Shown here: positions 1 to 11,588 of the stretch, one piece after another
How positions within the stretch are numbered: the first letter of the stretch is position 1
Layout: the number at the start of each line of letters is the position of its first letter
Source of the DNA: Octopus sinensis
Lineage: Eukaryota
Direction: 5' to 3'
DNA: 64,000 nt
Assembly: GCF_006345805.1 (NCBI RefSeq)
Contig: NC_043015.1
Coordinates: 51,026,001-51,090,000 of the forward strand
Position numbers and translations under genes: made by a program
Notes under the pieces: generated by a model
Database searches by the model: none
What the model saw: the letters and a program-made list of their open reading frames with translations, nothing else
What the model was told of the DNA's origin: nothing

Positions 1-354
1 TTGGTTCTTTCAATCAATACAAGTATTTAAAAGTTGAAGAGGTTATCACAAGAGAAAGAGAGAGAATCTGCATTAAGGACTAAGCTCGAATGATGTTCAC
101 ATAAGAGGTTGTAGGAAAGAGGCATTATTATTTGTAGAGCGCTTGGCAAGTTGCCGTACGTCAGGCTGTAGCCGTGTGTCATGTGGCTGTTGTTGCTTTC
201 ACTCAAGTGTGCCTCTGACATAGCTTATTTCTCAGAACAGAAAACGTTGACCTTTATGTCCCATTGTTTTTGTTATTAGGATCTTGGATGGTGGATGGAT
301 AAGCTTACAGACTTACAGACAGTTAACAAATGTTATTGTAGTTATTATGTAGAT

Positions 355-450
355 GCAGGCATGGCAGTATGGTGAATGTATTTGTGTCTCAATCACATGG
401 TAATGGTTTCAGTCCCACTGCATGGCAACTCGGGCAGTTGTCCCCTACTA
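355..450 (+). mobile_element. SINE family A, head fragment (tRNA-derived, CORE-like)
   Basis: ggtttcagtcccactgcatggcaactcgggcagttgtcccctactatagc matches the 5' part of the full family A copies in this window. Confidence 0.6.
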
Positions 451-453
451 TAG

Positions 454-806
454 CGTGTGTGCGCGCACACACATATACACACACACACACACACACGATC
501 ATGCATCCGCATACACACATACACACACATACATAGCCATGCACTCTCTCTCTCACACACACACATGGTCATAAACCATCACATACACACACATGCACAC
601 ACACACACACGCACACATGATCATGCAACCTCACACACACACTCAGAGCCATGCACTCTCTCTCTCACACACACACACGGTCATGCATGCTCTCACACAC
701 ACACACACACATAGCCATGCACTCACACACACATACACACACACACACATTTGTGTGTATGTGTGTGTGTGTATGTGTGTGTGTGTATGTGTGTGTGTGT
801 ATGTGT
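454..806. repeat. (CA)n/(TG)n compound microsatellite
   Basis: Degenerate CA tract followed by a TG tract. Confidence 0.9.
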
Positions 807-1122
807 GAGAGAGCATGGCCTAGTGGTTAGGGTGTTGCATCCATGATCTAACAATCTAGCCATCGTGATTTCAGTTCCTGCACTGGGTGGTGCATTTTGT
901 TCTTGAGCAAAACACTTCACCTCACACTGCTCTGAAATCACTTTGACTCTTGATGTGTGATGCACCATGCACCTGTTCAGGTAACATCAATTTGATGGGA
1001 GTGAGTGAACTAATGTACAGCTCCTACATTTGTTCCCTATAAACAAATAATTTCTGCAGGTCGTTTGGTAAAAACTGAACACTCCTACATTGTCTTTGAA
1101 GGGAGATTCCGTCATATACACT
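807..1122 (+). mobile_element. SINE family D (tRNA-derived head, CORE-like centre)
   Basis: Head gagagcatggcctagtggttagg (A box), then ttcagttcc (B-box-like), then tcttgagcaaaacacttcac; shared with other D copies. Confidence 0.75.
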
Positions 1123-1504
1123 GATACCTTGCAATATGAGTGTAATTCATTCCATGGCTGTGTTACGATTTACTCATCTTACAAATCAATTTTCCTCATT
1201 GAAATTAACCAAAATATAATTAATCCGTTCCAGTCCCCAAAAACAACTCAAAAATAATTTTTATGGGTTTTAAAGCAGAAAAGGTGTAGTTACAGGTAAA
1301 ATAACAATTATAAAAAAGAGAATGCAAAACAAATATGTAAACTGGTTTTATTAAATGAATTACTTTACAGATGGGATAATTTGCGTGCTTGTACTGCAGA
1401 TTTCCATTTGTTTTTCAAGATAAAAATTTGCACGAATCTTGGCTCATACAGCAAATTATTCGTACAATGGTACACTTGTACTGTGAGGTTCTACTGCATA
1501 TCTA

Positions 1505-1800
1505 TAAATAGTGAAGGCATTGAATGAAAATAAAAGAAAAATTCAACACAGACAGGTCAAATTTTAACAAATATTGTATTAGAAAGAGAGTCTTAATATT
1601 TTGGACACTAATCCTTCATCAGAAAGTACAGAAGCGTGTGAAAGAGCAAAAATGGTTGAGAAGTGAGAAAGTGTGTGGTGGGGGTGGGTCGGGAGGTGAA
1701 CATAAAAAGGAAAATGTGTATAGAAGTCAGGTGGGAATGTAGTTCTATGGAGGGGAGGAGTTAAGAAGGGTGTGTGTGTGTATGTATGTGTATGTTTGTG
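1505..1800 (-). mobile_element. Penelope-like element pseudo-LTR remnant
   Basis: Contains a decayed minimal hammerhead on the minus strand at 1590-1629; boundaries approximate. Confidence 0.45.
1590..1629 (-). ncRNA. Degenerate minimal hammerhead ribozyme motif
   Basis: Minus strand reads CTGATGA-aggat tagt gtcc-aAAA-tat-t-aagac; stem II gga/tcc present, GAAA and ACGT decayed at CpG positions. Confidence 0.45.
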
Positions 1801-2631
1801 GTGTTTGTGGATATGTGGGTTGAAGTATGTATGTACAGTAGTGCTGTTGGTTAGTGTGTGTGCATGTGTATCTGTGTGTGCTAGATGACAAAAGTGTTTT
1901 ATTGATTGTAGTCTGAAATTTTGCTGGTCAGTTTAAGTATATTGAAAGTATTATTTCTTCAGAGAAAGAAGATAACTAATAAATATCATTGTTTTTAGGT
2001 TTTGTTTTATTTCTGTTTTACTATTTTTTTTTCTTACATCATCAAATCAGTTTATCTGACATTTATGAGTAAGTCTTTAGGAAGTAATATGTCTAACAGT
2101 CTTCATAGAATCTCATTGCAACTGATAAAAGAGGGTGACCGTTCATCTTAAGTGTTCTTCAAAAGATGAATACTCCAGATAAAACCGATTTCAATAGATC
2201 TTTGTGCAGCTGTTTTTGGAGTAAGTTTGAAATAATTTCATTTGTTTGGCTCCAAAACACTTTTGACTTAAAAGTAACTAAAAAAAAAACAACAAAAATG
2301 AGAAGAGAAGAAACAGAAAAAGAAAATAAGTGTAATGTTTCATTTCTTTTTAAAATTACAAAATGTTAATTGAAAATTGTTTGCTGAAGTTAAAAGTAAA
2401 AACGAAAAAGGAAATTGTATAACTATTAAAATAATCTTTTTTATTCCTTAGAATATATCTGAAAATTCATTTAGGTGTGAAATTTTGCCATGCTGGCGAC
2501 AACAACTCCAACATATTGTATATATTTTATCTTGCGTTTTCCCACTTTCATGGAATCGGAGCAAGGTGTCTGCCAGGCTTCAATTTGTCAGAATTATTAT
2601 TTCTCTTACTGTTATTGTTCTGTTACTCTAC

Positions 2632-2679
<48 letters not shown>

Positions 2680-2686
2680 GACGTAA

Positions 2687-3100
2687 GGTAGTGAGCTGGC
2701 AGAATCATTAGTGCACCGGGTGAAATGCTTAGCAGTATTTCATCAGTCTTTATGTTCTGAGTTCAAATTCTGCCAAGGTTGACTTTGCCTTTCATTTTTT
2801 GGGGTTTATGAATTAGGTACCAGTTACGTACTGGAGTCGATCTAATCGAATGACCCCCTTCCTCAAAATTTTGGGTCTTGTGCCAAGAGTAGAAAAAATT
2901 ATTATCATTATTATTATTATTATTATTATGTAAGGCGGCAAAGCTGGCAGAATCGTTAGCGTGCTGGATGAAATGCTTAGTGGTATTTCGTCTGTCACTG
3001 TGTTCTGAGTTCAAATTCCACTGAGGTTGAATTTGTTTTTTTCAGGTCAATAAATTAAGTACCTTCCCCAAATAGCTGCCCTTGTGGCAAAATTTGAAAC

Positions 3101-3135
<35 letters not shown>
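2687..3135 (+). mobile_element. Two tandem SINE family B copies separated by (ATT)n
   Basis: Heads ggtagtgagctggcagaatc (2687) and ggcggcaaagctggcagaatc (2934), each with ttctgagttcaaattc and an (ATT)n tail. Confidence 0.85.
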
Positions 3136-3141
<6 letters not shown>

Positions 3142-3229
3142 ATTATATCTTTTCTATATTATTGTTACTATCATTATTATCATCATCATCATCATCATTT
3201 AATGTCCGTCTTCCATGCTGGTATGGTGG

Positions 3230-3460
3230 AAGCATGTGGTTTAGTGGTTAGGGGTGATTGTGGCTTTGATTCCTGGACCCAGTGATGCATTGTGTTCTTA
3301 GGCAAAACACTTCATTTCACATTGTTCCAGTCTACTCAGCTGGCAAAATGAGTAATCCTGTGATGGACTAGCATTCTGTCCAGGAGGGGAATTTATACAC
3401 CACTGAAACCAGGAAACTGGCCCTTATGAGCCTGGCATGGCTTGAGAAAGAAACATTTTA
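3230..3460 (+). mobile_element. SINE family D
   Basis: gtggtttagtggttagg ... ttcttaggcaaaacacttcatttcac ... gaaaccaggaaactggcc. Confidence 0.7.
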
Positions 3461-3597
3461 CAGAGGAGACTGAATGCTTTTTTTAAGTGGCATATTTAGC
3501 GCTAGAGTTGAGTATTTAGTAAGAGAGTAAGAGGGTATTTTTTAAAGCATAACAGCCTAATTCAGAAAAGAGTGTGAAAATTTCATAGTTGTATTGC

Positions 3598-3915
3598 CTG
3601 AAACCAGAACCATGCAGTTGGGATGCAGACTTCTTCCCCCATGGTCATAGATGAATCTTTGATTTAAATACTTATTAGGCAACCCAATGAATGACTCTCC
3701 TATATGGTTCTTGAGGTTGCTTGGTATTTGCTGCTAAATATCCTCCAAAGCTACTTCCTACATGTTAGTGCCATGTAAAAAGCCACTGGTAATGGTGCCC
3801 CAGAAAAAGTACTGGTGATGGTACCATGTTAAAAGCTGGTGATGGTGCTACATAAAAGCACTGGTGATGGTACTGCATAAACAGCACTGGTGATTTCTTC
3901 TTCTTCCAATCAGGA
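3598..3915 (+). repeat. Local duplication, copy 1 (paralogue at 6807-7182)
   Basis: Near-identical composite sequence, including the same junctions. Confidence 0.9.
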
Positions 3916-3922
3916 GACAATG

Positions 3923-4400
3923 GGATTCTGTTTGTGAGTGAAGTGCAGATTGTTGATGCTTGTGTACAAAGTGTGGTGCTGCATGGCAGCAAAACATAAG
4001 TATTGAATGTGGAGAATGTGTGGAAGCTGGAAAGAAATGAGAAGAGGATGCTGTGTTGGATGTGTAAAGTTATTGTGGATGAATGATGGAGCAGGAACGA
4101 ATCAAGAGAAAAACTGGGTACAAGGAGAATTAGATATAGTGTGTTGGAGAGGAGAAGACTACTGACGTTGGCTTCTGATGAGTATGAAGGATGACGTTTG
4201 GATGAAAAAAGGTGCCAAACAATCCAAGTGGAAGGAATCTGCTGAAAAGAGAGAGTGAAAGAGATGTGGAAAGAAGAAACGGTAAGAGCAAATCTCAAGA
4301 GGATTGAACCTGATGAAGACGATGGCAAAGAACTGCTGCATGTAGTGAGGTACTCTTCAGGGGAAAGTCTGTCAAATGCATGCTGGCATGAGGAAGGATT
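3923..4400 (+). mobile_element. RTE-clade LINE, decayed 3' coding fragment
   Basis: Translates with stops to DACVQSVVLHGSKT*...LERNEKRMLCWMC...REKLG, the C-terminal pattern of RTE ORFs. Confidence 0.8.
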
Positions 4401-4944
4401 GGTGGTGGTTGTGGTGGTGGTGATAGTTCTTGTTGACAGTGGTAAGGAGTGGGAAAATGAGAGGAAGGTGAAACACATTGAGAGATACATAAGAAAAAGG
4501 GAAAGATTGAGAGAGAGAGAGAGAGCGAGAGAGAGAGAGAACGCTAAAAACAAATAAATATTCTGCATATCTTTCAGAAAATAGAAAACTAATTTCTGTC
4601 TTTCAGAATTATGAAATGGTAAATATCTATTTTTTTTTTGGTGGGGGGATGAAATGCAAAATCTTGATGCATGTGCCAAAAGCAATTGTGTATTAATATT
4701 TAATATTTTCTGAAATTCACGAAAGATGTGCATTTCTTCGAAAAAATACTAAATGGAAATTTATTGTTCACAACAATTCTTCAAATGTGGGGGGAAAAAA
4801 ATTCATTTTTTAAAAATTTACAGTGGGAAGGTTAGACAGATTGGTAATGGATATATGGAATCCATGCAGGTGAAAGTATCACTGAAGAATTTTCTATGAA
4901 TAATAAACAGGATTCTTTGATCGTTACTTTGTATTTTACTTATT

Positions 4945-5692
4945 TTAGTCATTAGACTGCGGCCATGCTGGGGCACTAGCTTCAAGAATTTTCAATCAAA
5001 TGAATTGCACCCCGCCTAGTACTTATTTTGTTTCAAGCCCTAGAACTTATTCTGTCAGCCTGTTTCTCTCTTTTGCTGAACCATTGAGTGACAGGGATGT
5101 CAACAAACCAACACTGGTTGTCAAGTTGTGGTGGGGAGCAAACACAGGTAGAAAGATGTACACACACTGATGTGAGGGCTGCCCGACTGGCTCCCATGCT
5201 GGTGGCATGTAAAAAGCACCAGCTGAATGTGGCCGATGCCAGTACCCTCTGACTGGTTCCCATGCCAGTGGCACATAAAAAGCACTATCCAGACATGATC
5301 GATGCTAGGCCCGCCTGACAGGCTCCTGTGCCGGTGTTACGTAAACAGCACCCACTACACTTTTGGAGTGGTTGGTGTTAGGAAGAGCATGCAGCTGTAG
5401 AAACATTGCCAGATCAGATTGGAGCCTGGTGCAGCTACTGGCTCTCCAGACCCCAGTCAAACCGTCCAACTCATGCCAGCATGGAAAATGGACACTAAAT
5501 GATCGTGATGATGATGATATACACATGCACACACAATTGACTTCTTTTTCACTTTCTGTATACCAAATCCACTTACAAGGCTTTGATCAGTCCAAGGCTA
5601 TAATAGAAGACACTTGACCATGGTGCCACACAGTGGGACTGAACCCAGAACCATGTGGTTTGAAAGCAAGTCTTCTTACCGCACAGCCACAC
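4945..5692 (-). mobile_element. SINE family A split by a family C insertion in its central (CA)n
   Basis: A 3' half at 4945-5150 and A 5' half at 5521-5692, with a plus-strand C copy between them. Confidence 0.75.
5165..5520 (+). mobile_element. SINE family C ((GAT)n tail, RTE-like 3' end)
   Basis: aaaaagcacccactacac...gttaggaagagcatgcagctgtagaaac...aactcatgccagcatggaaaatgg...gatgatgat. Confidence 0.8.
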
Positions 5693-5724
5693 CTTTTCTT
5701 TAAAATAGTCAGAAACTATGTTTG

Positions 5725-5965
5725 ATCATCATCATCATCATTTAATGTCCATTATTCCATGCTTCCATGGGTCAGAAAGAATTTGTTGAGGCAGACTTTC
5801 TACGGCTGGATGCCCTTCCTGTCATCAGCCCTCACCCGTTTCCAAGCAAGGTAATGCTTATCGCTAGCCATGACCTTGTAAAATATTGGAAATGAATGAT
5901 GGTGATTGTGTGATAGTAACGATCATTTATCACATGATATCAAGTGATATGAAAAGAAGGAGACA
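5725..5965 (-). mobile_element. Family C-related retroposon 3' end
   Basis: (CAT)n followed by ttccatgc...ctacggctggatgcccttcc, the reverse complement of the C tail. Confidence 0.65.
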
Positions 5966-5999
5966 CAAACGCATACACATACACATGTATGTGTTTGTA

Positions 6000-6305
6000 C
6001 ATCACATGGTCATGTGATTGACCAGACCATCAGATGTTGTTGTACAACACTGGTCATAATGCACTTTACATCATTTTGGCTTTCAAATTATGCGACCCCC
6101 ACTGGCTAAGTGAGCAGGCCAACATTCCCCCTGAATGGAATGTTAGTCTGATGCAGGGTTATCCATTTACAGCCTAGTGGATTGGAGCAATGTGAAATGA
6201 AGGGTTTTGCTCAAGAACACAATGTGCCAGCTGGTCTGGAAATTGAACCCATGATCTTTCGACCATGAGTATAACACCCTAACTACTGTGCCATGCACCT
6301 TCACA
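6000..6305 (-). mobile_element. SINE family D
   Basis: ttttgctcaagaacacaatg...gaaattgaaccc...ctaactactgtgccatgc is the reverse complement of the D head. Confidence 0.7.
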
Positions 6306-6316
6306 TATGTTTATCT

Positions 6317-6710
6317 CTCTTTACTCTTTTACTTGTTTCAGTCATTTGACTGTGGCCATGCTGGAGCACCACCTTTAGTTGACCAAATCGACCCCAGGAC
6401 TTATTCTTTGTAAGCCTAGTACTTATTCTATCGGTCTCTTTTGCCAAACCGCTAAGTTACAGTGACGTAGACACACCAGCATTGGTTGTCAAGTGATATT
6501 GGGGGGACAAACACAGACACAGATACACACATATATATACATATATGCGGCAGGCTTTTTCAGTTTCCATCTACCAATTCCACTCACAAGGCTTTGGCCG
6601 GCCTGAGGCTATAGTAGAACACACTTGCCCAAGGTGCCATGCTGTGGGACTGAACCTGGAATCATGTGGCTGGTAAGCAAGCTACTTACCACACAGCCAC
6701 TCCTACGCCT
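6317..6710 (-). mobile_element. SINE family A, full length
   Basis: Reverse complement has a tRNA-like head (gtggctgtgtggtaag, ggttcagtccc), CORE-like ccttgggcaagtg, a central microsatellite and tail ccagcatggccacagtcaaatgactgaaacaagtaaaagag. Confidence 0.9.
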
Positions 6711-6806
6711 ATCTGTATATATATATATTACCAAATTCCCCCACTAAAATTTGTTGACCTATGGGTGTAGCAAAAAGACAGCTGCCCAAAGTAGTACATG
6801 CTGGGA

Positions 6807-7108
6807 CTGAATCCAGAACCATGCAGTTGGGATGCAGATTTCTTTCCACATGGCCATAGATGAACCTTTGATTTAAATACTTATTAGGCAACCCAATGAA
6901 TGACTCTCCTACATGGTTCTTGAGGTTGCTTGGTGTTTGCTGCTAAATATCCTCCAAAGCTACTTCCTACATGTTAGTGCCATGTAAAAAGGTGATGGTG
7001 CCATGTAAAAGCCACTGGTAATGGTGCCCCAGAAAAAGGACTGATGATGGTGCCACATAAAAGCACTGGTGATGTCTTCTTCTTCCTTTTCTTCTTCCTT
7101 CTTCTTCT

Positions 7109-7147
<39 letters not shown>

Positions 7148-7182
7148 TCTTCTTCTTCGCCTCCTCCTCCTTCCAATCAGGA
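6807..7182 (+). repeat. Local duplication, copy 2, with expanded (CTT)n at 7075-7173
   Basis: Matches 3598-3915. Confidence 0.9.
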
Positions 7183-7344
7183 CTCAAGCCATTAGCCACA
7201 AAGAATAATCTCTAATTCGAGCCTCCTCTAAGCTACTAAGAATGCGTGTGGCAACTTGAAGATCCACCCCCCCCCCCATACACGATAGATTGGCGGATGC
7301 ATGGTCGCGAAAGCTATGTTGTTATCCTCATTCTGTAAACAGTG

Positions 7345-7655
7345 GCTTTTAATGGGTGGAGAGCTGAACCATCCTGGGGTACAGCGGATTTGCAAGCTAG
7401 ACTAGGTCTGAAAGTTTTACCACAGCATAGTGGGTTACACCATGGTTCCTCTGCTTTGTGGCAGAAGTAGGAAGAAAGAGTGAGAGAAAGTTGTGGTGAA
7501 AGAGTACAGCGGGGTTCACCACCACCCACTGCCGGAACCTCATGGAGCATAGGTGTTTTTGCTCAATAAACACTCACAATACCTAGTCTGGGAATCGAAA
7601 CTGCGTTCTTACGTCTGCGAGTCCGCTGCCCTAACCATTGGGCCATTCCGCCTCA
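7345..7655 (-). mobile_element. SINE family D variant
   Basis: ttttgctcaataaacac...gggaatcgaaac...ccctaaccattgggccattccgcctc is the reverse complement of a tRNA-like head. Confidence 0.7.
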
Positions 7656-7955
7656 ACGCACTGGTGATCTTGCATAAAAAGCACAGATAATAGTGCTTTG
7701 TAAAAAGCACTGGTGATGGTACCATGTTGAAAGCTGGTGATGGTGCCATTTAAAAGACACTGGTGAATCTGCCACATAAAAACCACCCAGTACCCTCTTT
7801 AAATTGGTTAATGTGATGAAGAACATCCAGCTGTTGAAACCAAGTCAAAACAAACTATAGAACCTGGTGTGGCCCTGGTACTTGCCAGCTCCTGTTCAGC
7901 CTTCCAACCCATGCCAGCATGGAAAAATAGATGTTAAATGATAACGATGACAACA
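7655..7955 (+). mobile_element. SINE family C with ~25-bp upstream subrepeats
   Basis: Repeated aaagcactggtgatggt units, then ccaacccatgccagcatggaaaa and a GAT tail. Confidence 0.7.
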
Positions 7956-8269
7956 ATTATGATGTATGTTTTAAAATGGAAATATAAATGGAATTTGTGT
8001 GGAAAATGTCACTCTGACACACACATGATTTAATCAATCATTTATCTTTCATATATTTTATACACTGTAAACAATTAAGTCGGTGTCAACATCGTTCGTT
8101 GTGTTCTGTTCTTATTGATTGTTATAAGAAATACTTCATTGCTTTTTACTTCTGTCGAGAAATTTTCATTAGCTTTTAAGTTTTCTTCCATGAGTCTATG
8201 TCTATGCTTGTGTGTGATGTGCGTCATAATTGCGAACATGTGTGGCTTCTTGGTTGATGTATCTGGTTC

Positions 8270-8560
8270 ATGACTGTCAGGTCTGGTGTTCAATTCCTAG
8301 TGGTGTGATGTGTCCTTGAGCAAGGCACTTTATTCCATGGTGCTCCAGTCCATTCAGCTGTCAAAAATGAGTTGTACCTGTAATTCACAAGGGGGTCAGC
8401 CTTGTCACAATCTGTGTCAACCTGGATCTCTCTGAGAACTGCGTTAAGGGTATACATGTCTGTGGAGTACTCGGCCTCTTGCATTTTAATTTCATGAGGC
8501 AGATGTTCCGTTGATTGGATCAACCGGAGCCCCTGTTGCTGTAACTGGTAGACTGCCAGT
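8270..8560 (+). mobile_element. SINE family D
   Basis: gtccttgagcaaggcactttattcc...cagctgtcaaaaatgagttgtacc. Confidence 0.65.
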
Positions 8561-8574
8561 TAATGTCATAATCA

Positions 8575-8775
8575 TCATCATCGTTATTGTTTTAACATCC
8601 ATTTTTCCATGCTTGCATGGGTCAGATGGATTTTATTGAGACAGATTTTTATCCTACCAAATGCTCTTTCAGTTGCCAACCCTCACCTGTTTCAAGCAAG
8701 GTAATATGGCCAGACAAGTTTGCCGCAAAATATTCAAAATTAATGACATCCATTTGTGACAACCATGAAACACAA
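8575..8775 (-). mobile_element. Family C-related retroposon 3' end
   Basis: catcatcatc...ttccatgcttgcatgggtcagatgg. Confidence 0.6.
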
Positions 8776-8790
8776 ACACACACACACACA

Positions 8791-8823
<33 letters not shown>

Positions 8824-8844
8824 ACATGCACATGCACACACATA

Positions 8845-8975
8845 TTGAACTTCTTACAATTTCTATCTAACAAATCCACTTATGAAGTTTTGGTTGGCCA
8901 ACAGCTATAGTAGAAGACACTTGCCTATGATGTCATGCAGTGAGACTGGGCCCAAAATTATGTGTATGGCAAGGA
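8845..8975 (-). mobile_element. SINE family A, 5' half
   Basis: caaatccact...gctatagtagaagacacttgcc. Confidence 0.6.
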
Positions 8976-9234
8976 AACTTTTTAACCCCTCCCCGCCACA
9001 TGCACGCACACACAGACACACACACATACCTCGTTTTTTATTTTCATTTTGACTTGTTGCTACTGGTACAAGTAGAAGTTTCTCATCTATGCTCACAGGT
9101 TCTATAGACTATTCCAGTGCCAGTCGAATTGACGGGTTTCCAAGACCAAGATTTATAAAAGTGTAATTTGTTCTGCAAACTGGGAAGAAATCCAAAGACA
9201 AAGAATTTTCTATGCTTTGCATTTCCATTCCTGA

Positions 9235-9850
9235 CCACCATCCTGCTTTCCAATGATAGTGGCATTTCTGCTCCCTCTTTAGGGCTTCAAGATTTCACCA
9301 TGATCCTGGAAGGGTGGCTAATATGCACTATGTCTTATTTCCTTACTGCTCACAAGAGGCTACACACAGAGGGGATAAACAAGGACAGACAAACGGATTA
9401 AGTCGATTATATCAACCCCAGTGTGTAACTGGTACTTATTTAATTGACCCCGAAAGGATGAAAGGCAAAGTCGACCTTGGCAGAATTTGAACACAGAATG
9501 TAGCGGCAGATGAAATCCCGCTAAGCATTTTGCCAGGCATGCTAATGCTTCTGCCAGCTCGCCGCCTTAATATGCGCTATGTCTTGCCAAAGGGCAAACT
9601 GTGATTTTGTCTGGGACTGCTTAGTGAGTATTCGCAGTTAACCTGTATATCTACAGGCCGTCCCCCTTTCCATAAACAGGGACCAGATGGATGGGAGTTT
9701 TCATCATCACCAATAGACATCACACACAAGTCTATTTTTATCTTTAGTAACATGTAGCACATATTAGCCACCCTTCCAGCATCATGGTGTAATCTTGAAG
9801 CCCTGAAAAGGGAGCAGAAATGTCACTATCATTGCAAAGCAGGATGGTGG
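9235..9850. repeat. ~95-bp inverted repeat pair (9235-9330 and 9755-9850) around a spacer containing a SINE B
   Basis: Left arm ccaccatcctgctttccaatgatagtggc...ggaagggtggctaatatg; its reverse complement recurs on the right with few substitutions. Confidence 0.85.
9336..9567 (-). mobile_element. SINE family B, full length, 18-bp target-site duplication (TSD)
   Basis: TSD taatatgc(a/g)ctatgtctt at 9319-9336 and 9568-9585. Confidence 0.9.
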
Positions 9851-9893
9851 AAGACACTAGCATCATAGCAACCTAGGAACAAGAAACAGAAGA

Positions 9894-10289
9894 CTCTCTT
9901 TACTCTTTTACTTGTTTCAGTCATTTGACTGTGGCCATGCTGGGGCACCGCCTTTAGTCGAGCAAATCGGCCCCAGAACTTATTCGTTGTAAGCCTAGCA
10001 CTTATTCTATCGGTCTCTTTTGCCGAACTGCTAAGTTACGGGCACACCAGCATCGGTTGTCAAGTGATGTTGGGGGGGACAAGCACAGACACTCAAACAC
10101 ACACACATGTATATATACATATATACGACGGGCTTCTTTCAGTTTCTGTCTACCAAATCCACTCACAAAGCTTTGGTTGGCCCAAGGCTATAGTAGAAGA
10201 CATTTGCCCAAGGTGCCATGCAGTGGGACTGAACCCAGAACCATGTGGTTGGTAAGCAAGCTACTTACCACACAGCCACTCCTACACCT
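9894..10289 (-). mobile_element. SINE family A, full length
   Basis: Same architecture as 6317-6710. Confidence 0.9.
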
Positions 10290-10653
10290 AGACGATTCTC
10301 TTCTATTTAGAAAACTGAATAAAACGATTTTAATCATTCTCCACCGGAATCACCTGATATATTGATGCATATGGTTCCCAGGGTGACCCTATCCTGGTTA
10401 TTATAGTTCTCTGGGAGTAATTTCAGAGAATTTATTATCAAATCAGCTGTTTATGGGAGGTTTTGTGTGTTTATGACTTGGTTTTCTAAACTGAAGAATT
10501 AGAGAAGAAATTCCAAATGTTTGAAGCAAAACCTAGAATTGAGAAATGTCAAAGTAAACTCAGCAAATGCTGACATCTTGGCAAGAAAGGAACCAACACT
10601 GCTACCATTAGTGAGTTGACCATGTGACCATGCTTCGTGTAGAGAAAAGGAAG

Positions 10654-11010
10654 GGTGGTGAGCTGGCAGAATCGCCAGCATGCTGGGAAAATGCTTAGTG
10701 GTATTTTGTCTATCTTCGTGCTCTGAGTTCAAATTCTGCTAAATTCAGTTTTATCTTTCATCCTTTTGGAGTCAATAAAATAGATGTAAATAGAAGGTGG
10801 CAAGCTGGCAGAAATGTTAGCGCACCAGGGCGAAATGCTTAGCGGTACTTCATTCGTCTTTATGTTCTGAGTTCAAATTCCACCAAGGTTGAATTTGCCT
10901 TTCATCCCTTTGGGGTTGATAAATTAAGTGCTAGTTGTATACTGGGGTCAATCTATTTGACTGACCTCTCTCCAAAAATTTCGGGCCTTGTGCCTAGAGT
11001 AGAAAAGATT
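10654..11010 (+). mobile_element. Two tandem SINE family B copies
   Basis: Heads at ~10654 and ~10796 (ggtggtgagctggcagaatc and ggtggcaagctggcagaaat). Confidence 0.85.
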
Positions 11011-11200
11011 CTAGGTGTAAATAGATTTGTAGAAGTTAGGGTCTTGGGCTGTTGAGATCACAGCCTTAATTGCAGATCATACCACTAATTCCTGAATTTT
11101 TGTGGTGCTTTCTCAATAGAAATCTCTCAGTTCTGACAGAAACTACAGATTTTGATGGATTGCAGTTAATCCAGTATGGAAACCATAAAAATATGAAAGG

Positions 11201-11588
11201 GCACAGGTATGGCTGTGTGGTAAGCTTCCCAACCACATGGTTCTGGGTTCAGTCCCACTGTGTGGCACCTTGGGCAAGTGTCTTCTCGGGTCGACCAAAG
11301 ACTGTAAAAAGCCCATCAAACATATATGTGTGCATGTGTATGTGTGTCTGTGTGTGCACATGTGTGCGTGTATGTGCGTGTGTGTATGTGTCCTCACAAT
11401 CACTTGACAACTGGATTTAGTGTGTTTTTCTCTCTGTAACTTAGCAGTCAGGTAAATGAGAACCAACAATAGTACCAGGATTAAAAAAAGATAAATATTG
11501 AGATTGATTCATTCAATTAAAATTTTTTCAAGGTGGTTGCTCCAGCATGGCCACAGTCTAATGACTGAAACAAGTAAAAGAAGAAAGA
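11201..11588 (+). mobile_element. SINE family A, full length
   Basis: ggctgtgtggtaag...ggttcagtcccactg...ccttgggcaagtg...gactgaaacaagtaaaag. Confidence 0.85.

Noticed and set aside
1380-1497. Minus-strand cagtagaacctc start resembling a Tigger/pogo terminus
   Set aside because: No matching second TIR found, so a transposon call is not supported
3780-3895. ~25-bp repeated units (also at 6970-7075, 7660-7790 and 59290-59400) superficially like a CRISPR array
   Set aside because: Eukaryotic context, no unique spacers and no cas genes; these are subrepeats of the family C retroposon
4175-4320. CTGATGA/CTGAAGA words elsewhere (4175, 4310, 4881, 10491, 17288, 55507, 61758)
   Set aside because: No stem II followed by GAAA at the right spacing; several lie inside LINE/SINE bodies
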